62,092 nt of DNA, taken from NCBI GenBank assembly GCA_002633005.1, contig NMRA01000914.1:9219-71310 (forward strand). Reading direction: 5' to 3'. Origin of the DNA: Phoronis australis. Taxonomy: Eukaryota > Animalia > Phoronida. How positions within the stretch are numbered: the first letter of the stretch is position 1; every line of letters starts with the position of its first letter. A program made the position numbers and the translations under genes. Shown here one piece after another: positions 51,691-62,092 of the stretch. Below the pieces are notes generated by a model. That model was not told the DNA's origin and made no database searches. It saw only the letters and a program-made list of their open reading frames with translations.

Positions 51691-52526
51691 CTGAAAAGGA
51701 ATTTTGAAAGGTCACATTCAAGCTGATCAAAGTGACAAGGTCATAAAAGGGATTTGGATAAATCAAGACGAACAAATTTGAGTTTATCACATTATTGTGC
51801 GAAACTGAAAGTTCTAACTCGTTAAATTTCAGAGCTTGGTGTTTTCCTCCTGACAAAACACATAATTAAAACAAGACCGACCTCTGAAATGCACATGTAT
51901 ACATATTCATAGCCCCACTAGGTTTGCAGTTTAACACTATTTCCCAGTATTCTTGAACGAAACCAAATTTTACCTTGATGCAGAAAATTATTTGCGACAG
52001 AAGAGTAGGTATATGTTCTGTGGACATGCAGTCATTGAATTTAATTTAACCTAAATTACAATAGACTACTAGGAATTGTCTTACAAAAATGAATTTTGAG
52101 CGTCATCTTTCACTATATCTGTTTGTAACAATAAAAATGTGTTTGTGGTCGGGTGTCAATTTGTGGCAACAACAGACTAGGCAAATCAACTGTAAGTGCA
52201 TTTGATGTTAACGCTTTCTAATACACTATATGAGGTCTTTTACGTCAGAAGTTTATTTTTGAAATGCCTCTCATGACGTATTTGTACAGGTGATTCATGA
52301 CGAATTCGTATACAGTTTTCGCAATTTACTCATCAGCTATTTCTTCCAAATCGTTGATAACTGATCAAAGTTTCAGTTTCTAAATACGTTTTGAACACGA
52401 TAGAGCTAATTTTTTCCTTCTCGTCTTTATTACTAGTTCGTAATGCTCATGAAGAGTGAAAAACATGCAGAACAGGTCCCTACACAGTGTACCTGGCACC
52501 AAAAAGATTCCGTGCCTCACACGCAC

Positions 52527-52817
52527 CTTTGGAGCATCTTCCGGTTGAGACAATGGCGGAGCGGGAGGAAGTGTGTTGGCAATGTGATTGAACTGGGGCG
52601 TATACAAATGTCCGTCTTCCTCTCTCACGGCGTAGACAGGATAGTAATCGGGATGATGAAAGTGGAGATTGTCAATCTTGTTGAAGTCAAAGGAAATGTA
52701 GATTTGTTCGTCTGCAGTCTCGGTGATAATTTTTTCGTTATCTTCGATATCGAGAGAATCTAACTGAGACACCGGCGTGTTGTTCTCATCTGCAGCTGTG
52801 TTCCACGGGTTGAGAAG
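52527..52817 (-). CDS. Laccase cassette A exon A1
   Basis: 291 nt, phase 0-0; acceptor tttgcag|, donor AAG|gtgcgt. LLNPWNTAADENN...PPAPPLSQPEDAPK. Confidence 0.92.
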
Positions 52818-54337
52818 CTGCAAAGGGGAGATTTGTGGTCTTTACCTTTACACATAGTCAGTAGCCCCTGAGATTTCGTGAGTACGTTCACCTGAAAATT
52901 TTATGTTAATGTTTTCCACCTTATTCATCAGTGTACTTTTCAAAATGTTCCTGCATTTAAAGTTGTACATTTTCATGTAACTTGCCATTTGGTTAAAAAC
53001 GACAAGATGTTGAAATTTAGAGTTCGTGCACAATGCGTCATTATTGATAAACAAATATTGTTTCGGCACTTAAACAGTCACATTTAAGCACTGTAGGTGA
53101 CATCAAACAAATCAAATAGGCCAAAATAACAGTAAAAATGAGCATTTTAAAAAAATCACACCACGACCTAGTGGTAGAATTTGAAATTACCTGTAAATAC
53201 AAAACCTGGACCGCTTTGACTAGCAAGTGGTGAATTCAGGTTTTCAGGCTTTTTTCAAGTGAACGAGTATGAAGGAAAGGGGTAATATTTTGTTAACAAA
53301 AATGACGATAATGTCGAAATTGTGAGGCAAATAGTTGGAATTGGTGGGACAAAAGTGCACCTCAAAATTCAGTATTACTTTTTGACGACTTCCACCTGAG
53401 ATATTCACCCCATATCAAAACCAGGGCCAAAAAAGGTTCCAAATCAAGAAACAATTTTATCTTAGTTAAATTCTGATCCTCTCGTCCTCCAAGTAGTAAG
53501 CTATTTGCAGTGAACATTTTGAAACAATTTTGGTGAGCTCCGTGCAAATATAAGTATTATGGAGCACAAATTTGTCTTATTCCATTTTCAGTAAAAGAAC
53601 AAAAATTGAATGTTGTTCATCATTTACCCGATTATTGGATTTTAAGTTTCAACGTCTAAATTGCTCATTTTTGGTCAGTTACCTTGTTTCAGTATTTTAA
53701 ACGAAGATGCAATAGAATTTGCTAGTGAGGCTGATTTTCTGTTAAGTTAATGAAGTGCTAGGTACATTTCACACGTTCACCTTGAATTATGTTCAGACTA
53801 AAAAACACGTGATTGTGGTTACACTGCTCGCAGACAAACAAGTCAGAGATACTCTGTGGGCTTCATAACAGCCACTCACGTTACAGGAACATTTGTGAAA
53901 AAGAATATGCCAGCGCAAAAAATGGTAAAGGCAGGGTTTATCCGCTCAACCTATCAAGCAAGTGGCATATAAAGTGGAAGTGGCAGTTTGGAACATTGTC
54001 TTGGAATCAAATCCATCAACGGAAGTAAATTAAGGCACCACATCTTTATTGTTGTTGATGGTTTTCTAGTCAATGGTTCTCGAAGTCGAAACCAATGTGA
54101 TGGTTTGACAGTAAACGTTAAATGACGTCACCAGAACAAAATGAATGTCGCTTAAATAAAGCGGTGAAAAATATTTGAAATACATTGGTATTCCGTAAAA
54201 TTGTATTATATATATATTAATCGCATTTCCGAAAAAGTAGTCATATTTGAAATTTCATTTGCAATTAATAAATGCAATCCCTGACGATACTATAATCAGG
54301 GCTCTTCTAAAATCCAGTAAATCAATCGTGTGCTGAC

Positions 54338-54530
54338 CATGCGCGCACCCAGCCTTCAATATTGGGGGGCTCGAATTCCCGTGCGGACTAAAAAAAGGAG
54401 GGGCATCAACGTGAATTGCGCGTTTGTGCTTGTTTAGTGGACTTTTGTCTCATTTTCTCGGACCTGTTGTTTCACAGGGGCGGACTTTTTTGCCCACTTC
54501 GCCAAATGGGGGCCCCTGGGTGCGCGCATA
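54338..54530. mobile_element. MITE with 15-bp TIR and 5-bp TSD CTGAC
   Basis: CATGCGCGCACCCAG / CTGGGTGCGCGCATA; CTGAC at 54333-54337 and 54531-54535; related in reverse orientation to 60954-61220. Confidence 0.85.
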
Positions 54531-54693
54531 CTGACTGGGTTAATGGATATACTGCCTAGTACTTCACACTACAGCAAATTTTAATTCGCCTTCGTGAAAC
54601 AAAAAATACCCGAAGTACTCAGTTTCTGCCGGTTCCGCGACTGTCACACAGCGTGCGACAGCGGTGTACAAGGAATAAAGGCCGCCTACTCAC

Positions 54694-54878
54694 TGAACCT
54701 TCTCTATGTGTGGCGATGAAATCGCTGGGTCCCGAAGGATTCTTTTCATAGGCGCCATCATAGCGCAGTATAGCAGTGGTGTGCGCTTTGAACACATTGC
54801 AGTCTGCCAGACCTCGGAACTTAATCCAGTAGTTTTCGACGACTTGATTAGCGTGAATTATGAAATCGAATCGCTCAC
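54694..54878 (-). CDS. Laccase shared exon (last exon before the cassettes)
   Basis: 185 nt, phase 1-0. GERFDFIIHANQVVENYWIKFRGLADC...AILRYDGA; donor TCA|gtgagt. Confidence 0.92.
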
Positions 54879-56787
54879 CTACCAAATGAAAATGCTCAAC
54901 CTGACTTGATTAAAATAATGATAAGATTCGTCTGAGAAGTATAAGTTTTCGAAAGTACTGCCATGATTTCTTGAACATCAAACCTTTCATCCAAGTCAGT
55001 TGTTGCAATTTAACGATCAAATAAGTCTTGCTGCAGCCGGCCGGCATAGTCACACTGGCCCACTGCCTGTCATTTATATTGACACAGGGCTTCGTGATTA
55101 ATTCTGAAGTTTCATGAGGCGCTGCTGTCGTTTTTCAAATGCATTGTGGGACGACTTCCGGCTCATTAACATCCAGTGATCTCAGAGACTTCTTGTGGGC
55201 GTGTAATTTGCGTTTAAGATATCGAGATTGTTGTTGGTTGGGATGGATTTCTTTAAAACACAAACACAAAACTACAAAAACCGCTGTGTTTAAGTGATTT
55301 TATTACAAGTTGCCGATTCTCACCCTTGTCTGCCAGACATTCGCTGAAATCGAAGCCATGAGGTTTAGGTCCGCCAGCTAAGCGTTGGACTGCGACCGCT
55401 GGAGTTGTGATTTCGATTCTGGACTGGGGAGTATCTATAAAATCTTTCGCGCATAATATTTGTTAACCAATTGGTGTCTTTTAGGCTCACTTTCAATCTT
55501 TTATTTTTGAACGATGTTGGGTTAGTCGTGCTCGCACCAAAAAGCTTGTTTCTGCGGAGCCTCGCTTTCAATTCTGGTGCGCTCATGTGACTAGGATTGT
55601 TTTTGTCATACCGTTTACACATCACCAGATGTCAAGCGCCGATGTTTACGAGTCGACAACCGTCCCTCAATTCGTTTGGAAAACGGCAGTACAAGCGCCG
55701 TAGATGAAGTCCTCAGAATCGTCACAGTCAGGAAATTTGCAACTCCAGGCTACCCCGGCAAATAATATGGCTTGCCCCCTTCTGAACACTACCTGTAAAA
55801 CATAGGGGGCAGCCAGTGGAAACTTGGGGTCTTATATTACGACGAAATTTCAAGTAAAAGGGTCCCCTTCGAGGCCTGTCCACGTTAAGCACAGTTACGC
55901 GTTTAGGATATAATTTTGAGCACATGTGGGAATTTTCATGAAGTTCCCTTTATATAGGATGCCAAAAAACGTCTACCGCCAAAATCCAGGCTAGAAGGGT
56001 ATAAAAATAATATGTCTGGGAGTGGGCTACAAAATCCAAAGAAATACTGAAGAAGGGTTCCTGACAGAAATAGTATCACCTCGGAATAGAAGACGGGACA
56101 TCTTATCAGAAAACGCGGTTTATTCCTGACACATTCACACTTTATTAGAGCCCACTGTCCAGTTTAGGAAATGTTCACTGTATTAGGGTGGTGTTTTGAT
56201 AAGAAAGGCCGAGGTTTTGGAGTTCAGGCTACACAGCCCGGGGTATTTTTGAAACATATGTACGTAAATATCTGGTGACTGCCCCGGAGCTGTAAACTCA
56301 GTTTACTGACTCACACACTCGCATCCGCGGTTTTTTGGCTCACGGATTCACATCCAGTCAGTCAAGCGAAGTCATTGTCAATGGGCATGTGAAATGTTTA
56401 AGTTAGTAGTATAGAGGCACCCAAGTTAGTTTTTGCTTGGGGCCACCGAAGGGCTAGGGGCCTGACCTGCCTCACATGGACGTTAGGAGAAAATAAAATC
56501 AATGTCCAATGCTCCTCAGTAAAAGAGATAAGTCTAATTTAGGAATCCAATCATGTCTTTGTCACCCAAATGGCTTTCCTATCATATGTCTCGTTTTCTT
56601 GTATTGGTAACTATGCGAAAAATCATTATCGTTGTAATGATGCGTATGTGTTGTTCGAAGCGCGTCTAAAATGAACAGAGACACCAGGACCTTTATGTAA
56701 CTGCTACAGCAAATATTCAATAACACGTCGAACATACACATTTACTAAACGAAGAAAGTTACAAGTAAGGCCAACTCTCAGTCATAC

Positions 56788-57018
56788 CTCCATAAACAAT
56801 GAAACTTTCCACTTGGATCGGACGGAATGGAACGCCGTCTGAGGCAATCATTGTGAGATTGTGGTCATCGATGGACACTTGGATTGGACAGTTTAGAATG
56901 CCATTGCTGGCCAGTCGAAATCGATATCGCTTTCCTTGGGTCACTCTAAACACTTCTCTGGGAGTGAAAATTGTTTCGTTAGTTTCAGGATGATGAAACG
57001 GGGTATATGTGCCCTTTC
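56788..57018 (-). CDS. Laccase shared exon (domain 2)
   Basis: 231 nt, phase 1-1. GKG...FRVTQGKRYRFRLASNGILNCPIQVSIDDHNLTMIASDG. Confidence 0.93.
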
Positions 57019-57446
57019 CTGGAAGAGAAGATGTTCCCGTTTCAACATCTTAGAGTGTGTCCAAGTGAATAACAAGAGCAACGTCAGGCTGACCATACGG
57101 GCATTTGGCCTATGCCTCTTCCTCAAGGACAACTCCCCTTCTTCAACTGCGGAAACAGGTCTCTTTTAGCGTAACACTGAATTTGGGGAAGAGGCGAAAA
57201 CGCGAGTTAAACTTAACGAGGTCTAAACTTCCTATAGCTTCAAGTAAATAGAATAACAAAATAGACTGTACACAAGCTCGCAAATTATAGATCACATATT
57301 TTGATGGCAGCATTTAATTAAACTGGTAGTCTCGAAATCCGTCCTATGGTGAATTTAACTAAAAAGCGTCTTTAAATTCTAAACTTATGCGTCTAATATC
57401 CAAAAACGGATTGATGTGGAAATACTTTAATATCGTCAGATTTTAC

Positions 57447-57697
57447 CGTTCACCATCATGGAGCGCGGCTTGTTGTCGCCAAAACTGTGGTGGTGGCCGA
57501 TGAATCTTTGAATCGATGCTTCCATCATCCAATCATTGATAAGCACATAGTGTTCCGGTAAGTCGAAGTCATACGCGTTGTAATGTAGTTCTTTGTTTGG
57601 TGGTTGTCGCACAACCAATGGACCAAAGACGCCGTCAGATCGCTGAAGACCCGAGTGAGCGTGCCAGTAATGTGTTCCTGGTGTGTTTGCTGTGAAT
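57447..57697 (-). CDS. Laccase shared exon with L2 motif
   Basis: 251 nt, phase 2-1. FTANTPGTHYWHAHSGLQRSDGVFGPLVVR...LINDW...MMVNG. Confidence 0.93.
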
Positions 57698-57861
57698 CTA
57701 GAAGTGAGAATAATTTATTCGAAAACTGTTTAGCTTACCCCTCAAGGGGTGTAAGTTTCAAAACCAAACTGTAACACGTACGTAAGCTACAACTAATAAC
57801 AGAATTTGCTATGCCTTAAAATTAAATTTATTAACGAAGCCGCGGTTCTTAGTATACTTGC

Positions 57862-58028
57862 CTGTATTGAAATGAGCTGTGTTGAAGTATTGGACATTGG
57901 GTGAGCATTGCCACGCCATCCATGTACTGCTCGTTTCGCAGGTGTTGTCCGTGCCAATGGATAGAGGTCGCTTCTCCACCCTCCAGCTTGTTGACGACGT
58001 CAGCAATAATAGTGTCGCCTTGGCAAAC
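57862..58028 (-). CDS. Laccase shared exon with L1 motif (most 5' exon found; gene start is outside the window)
   Basis: 167 nt. [15 protein letters not shown]...TSIHWHGQH...[13 protein letters not shown]...FQYR; ends at a GC donor AG|gcaagt. The eight A-path exons total 1725 nt (574 aa plus stop) in frame. Confidence 0.92.
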
Positions 58029-60953
58029 CTGTAAAAAGTCCGCGTGCAGCTTTACCAGAACAATGGTTACACTGAAATTTCGATTGCCATGTAAGCCTAA
58101 ACTTTATTGTACGACGTGACAGACTACATAAGCGAATATAATTTCCCACTAGCACGGGTCCCTAGAAGGCGCTTCCAATTTGCCGCATACCCTAGGGGGC
58201 TCTTTCGGGAAAAGGTGGTAGGTTTCTTTCGATCTCATTCAGCAGTGTACTTAAAACTTAAAGCGCGGTCTACACTGGCAAACTGTTTTTTCTAAACTCG
58301 AACAAAGTCGTATGCAAAGAAAAGTTTGCATTTGTGGACGAGTTGCCAAAATAAGCGACCAAACTTGTTTGCCAGAAGGTTGGTGATGTTTAGCTAAGGA
58401 TATCGTGTTCAATGCACTCCTGTAAGATCCTGGCCCCTTGCCAGGGAAAACGTCGAAAAACTGAGAAGGTTTATCCTCATTTTAATTTCCCAGTTTGAAA
58501 TGCTCAATGGTTTATGTACACGCAGGTTACATGATACATCGCGTCTGCTTACAGTGAGAGACATCGAATGAGTGAGCACGTTCATTGCCATTACACGTGA
58601 AAGAGGGCTGAAACGCGAAAGGCGTTATTCAAAGTGGCTCTCTACCATTGAAACAAAATTTAAACTTTCACTTGGTATTTTTACGGTTTGTTTGTAAAGA
58701 TTTTGAGTCTCTGCTTATGCCAAAGCATTCTTCCGTTAGTTTCAAATTTCAAAGAAACGATGTGTCAACGGCTCGTCACTTCCTTGGGATTTTTTCCAAA
58801 AGGCAGAGCACGTAAGGCAAGACAAGGACGTAGCACATTTCCCTTGAATAGAAAATGTGAACTTTGACCTTTGATGTAAACAAAACAATGGCGATTTCAA
58901 GAAGCAGCCAGTCCGAGCGAATGCGCGCATCGTTAGAGGCGTAGAATTTGAAATTCTGAAGTTATTTTGTAAAAAATTCTTGCGATATTCCTAGTAAAAC
59001 TCTCACGTTAACATCCCCAAGAATTCGATCCGACGTGATCTGTTTAAATGGTATTTTTACATTGCCTCTTTATGTTCCGAGTTCCAGAGCAGAGGTTGCA
59101 ACTTTAGTCTGTGTCAGCCAAAAGACGCAAAAATCACTAGCTTTTTACTAGCTCAAGTTGTTCTTGTACAGAGCAGCGATTCAGGTCATTCAAGAACAGA
59201 TGTTAGTCAGTCAAACATCGTTCCTGACTCGGAACAGGGCAAGCAGTCAAATATCATCGGCTCTCATTAAGCCATCATCGTCGTCGGGGAACTCCATTTT
59301 AAAGCATTTCTTCGCTACGCCTCGAGTATCCAGAGTAGTGCTGCAACTGCGCAAGTCCGTCTTCTTCAGGTGGCACTCAACAGTTTTTGCTGGTTTTGGG
59401 CTTGAAAAACGAAATGCAGACAGTTCCACTTCTCTGTTCCACAGAGTGTACAAACTTGTAAACAGGAACAGGGACAAATATTTCGAAAACGAACCGGAAG
59501 CTGAGTTGTGTCTTGGAAGAGAGTGGCGCTTTGTCTGGGAATTCCATGAGAAATTGTTGTCTATAATCTATGCCTTAATAGTTAGCTTAGATACGTACAC
59601 TATACACGGGCTTTAAAAACTATATCCGTTCCTGACATGTTCGATTTCCCTATGAGCAACTCGGGTCCTCTTCGTTAACAATGCTTTCCAAAAACTATCT
59701 CCAAAAGCTAGTAGTTAGTTCCTTAAACTTGTATCCTTTCGATGGCTGTCAATGGTATTGTTTGTTGTTGTTTTTTTTTTTCAATTCCATCTCCCATTTT
59801 GGATGTTAGGGCAGCATGTCTTAATACTACTGTGTTTCACCCGAACTTGTTCTGTGGTTTTTTAGATCAGTTTGAAATTTTGTTTACTAATTCCTCCAAA
59901 GGAGGATCATGTCTGAATGCGGGCTCTTAATAAGGAAGACATTACCATTAAACAAAGTTGAAAAAGAGGAACATTTAATTCCATCATATGACGTCCCTTA
60001 AAGAGGCAATCTTCCTTAACCTAATGATTGTACGATTTCACAAAAACAGGATATGATAGCAATTGATTCCGTCATTGGAGCCCCCTGCATGAGTGGCCCT
60101 TTAAGAAGAAGTGGTACGATTAAGAATGGGAAAGGGGCGGATACGAATGCTATGAAAACATCCCTTATGAGGCCATTAAATATGAAAGGACATATAAATT
60201 CAAAAACAGGAGATGAGCAATAACTACTGTTATCATCAGAGCCTCTCTTTCTCTATCTCCTTGTCATGTTACCAATCTATGTCATGTGATACTACTTCGA
60301 GAGAATCACTTAAAAGAGAGAGGGGCCCCTGGAGAAATTCAGTACCTTCTTGAATATAAAAGTCTGGAAGTAACAAATTTCTCGTACAATTTTTAACTAT
60401 GTATGATGAAGACCACGTGTTTATTTAGAAGACCATTAGGCTTACAACAAAACAAAACCTGAAACCTAACAAAAATGTCCTGGCTAAAGCCCAACAATAG
60501 TAGTTGACAAATGATCTCTTGAAGATATCTTACCTTTATATTCAGCAAAGAAGGGGTCACTAAAGTGTAAGTATTTCGTAACTTTCAAGCCTGTAGGAGT
60601 TTGCCTTTTTCTAAAGGTGGGCAGGGTCTACGCTAATAAATTATTACATAAGACGGCAGGTGAGTGAGTACCCATAATGCGTGACTAAGCTGTCATTTCA
60701 TTCACTAGTCTTCTGTCACAATCAGCCTCCCGTTCAGTAACGCTAGGACCTCGCTAAAAAGCAAGACTTCGCGATATTACGCGAGATATTGCCGTGCATT
60801 ATAAATGAGAGCACGTGACTTTGACAAGGTTTTAGCTAGGTCCTAGCGTAGGTCCTATCGTGTACTGAACGCACGCCTGGTCCGACTTTGAATACGATTT
60901 GGTTATCAACTGGCTCGTTATTTCTGAGACTGTTCCCTTGTATACATATTCTA

Positions 60954-61220
60954 CATGGGCGCACCCAGGGGGGCTCGGAGGGCTCGAATGAGCCCCACGA
61001 TTTGGCGAATGGGGCAAAAAGATCCGCCTCAATGAAACAAACAGTCCGAGCAAACGAGACAAAAGTCTACAAAATCCAAGGAATTCGGCGGGGATGCACA
61101 GTCCTTAGGCATGAGCCTAGTGGCCCCGTTTTTGTTTAGTCCTCATTGATTTTTTTCCAGTAAAAGGTCCGCGTACCGAAAAATTCGAACCCCCTATATT
61201 TTAGGCCGGGCGCGCGCATG
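60954..61220. mobile_element. MITE related to 54338-54530, 5-bp TSD TTCTA
   Basis: CATGGGCGCACCCAG ... CCGGGCGCGCGCATG; TTCTA at 60949-60953 and 61221-61225. Confidence 0.8.
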
Positions 61221-62092
61221 TTCTAATGTGCTTTGTTTTTCAGTCTCGAATGTTGCTGTCGCACAAGTGTTGCTTTGTGCAGTCTACCATTGGTGTGATG
61301 TCGTTTCGCTGCGATCTGTATTTCATGTTTGCGGCACGTGGTGCTCATAGCTGTTAGTATTTGATAGAACAAGTGTAACTTATATTGAATATTTGCTGCA
61401 ACGGGAAACTAGTATTTTTAATACTACATGTTAGTTAATGTAAGTGTTATGAGCAGACCTTGGTTCCGTCTGGTTGTGAAAGCGTACTTGGCTGTGGTTT
61501 GTTATGAAGGGTCGTTGACTTACTTGATCATTGAACCCAAGTAATTTCCTGGTAAACGTAATGTTTTGTTATGACCGACACAACTGAACTGTGAGTGGCA
61601 ACTGGTCGAGTTCAAGCAAGGCTGGGGAACAGGTCATGCGTAACAGTTAAAAAAAAGCAGTGATCAGTGAATGTGACAAGCTATTGAGCTGTGGATTTGA
61701 CCTATCGCTAGCTCCGCTCCCTGAAAAGTCACGCACAACGCGTTGGCGGCTTGGATACGGAGACGAAGGTGTGTCAAGAATGTTGCATTCTTATTGGTCA
61801 CTTTTAAAAGCCGTCAGTCAAACTCCTGGCGATAGGTCTGGGGCTATTCGGAGAATTCTCCTCGCGGTGTCGCTGCTGTACTAGTGGTGATTGAATTGCT
61901 GTCTGCATGTAAACAAATGGTAAAAGATGGAATTTTTATCAAAATACGTCGTCGCGCTAAGCCTTATTACTGCTAATTTCCCTGGTGCAAGTCTTCGACA
62001 GGTGGCCACAAATTCCCAAAAGACCTAAGGTTACTATATTCGTGGACAATTGCGGTCAACAGGGTCAACTAACTGACAAAAAGTGTGTGGAT

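Noticed and set aside
58029-62092. Search for upstream laccase exons; ORFs 59158-59616 and 59247-59477
   Set aside because: No PGP-x-I or Cys-rich N-terminal laccase motifs seen; the ORFs have no recognisable domain. The gene start is probably beyond the window.

Overview
Eukaryotic (animal, probably marine invertebrate; taxon is inference) genomic DNA with spliceosomal introns, many decayed transposons and assembly gaps. Main content: (1) a 10-bp CCAGTGGAGG satellite (1-2084) that generates all the spurious ORFs there. (2) A minus-strand Ig-superfamily gene: signal-peptide exon 15631-15682, a cysteine-less V-like exon 7684-8049 and a C2-like exon 6856-7179. Its first intron holds a decayed Academ-type DNA transposon with both ends intact (9402-14479, TAG...CTA ends, GAA target duplication). 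(3) A decayed Copia-like LTR retroelement (about 19060-20670). (4) A single-exon ORF for a secreted ~1306-aa protein of 24 Cys/His/Tyr/Arg-rich modules joined by Thr-rich linkers (23514-27434), plus a partial second version with a different repeat number (31725-33071) in what looks like an inserted alternate haplotype. (5) A minus-strand multicopper oxidase (laccase-type) gene whose 5' end lies outside the window. It has all four Cu-binding motifs, a GC-AG intron, and its four 3' exons present as two splice-compatible cassettes (A 48943-52817; B 29490-42825, with one 1-bp frameshift) plus a third dead fragment (20673-20808). (6) A Tx1/L1-like LINE fragment and several MITEs with identifiable 5-, 8- and 9-bp target duplications. 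The most interesting item is the laccase with alternative C-terminal cassettes and the antisense repeat-protein gene embedded in that cassette array; any functional link between them is a hypothesis.
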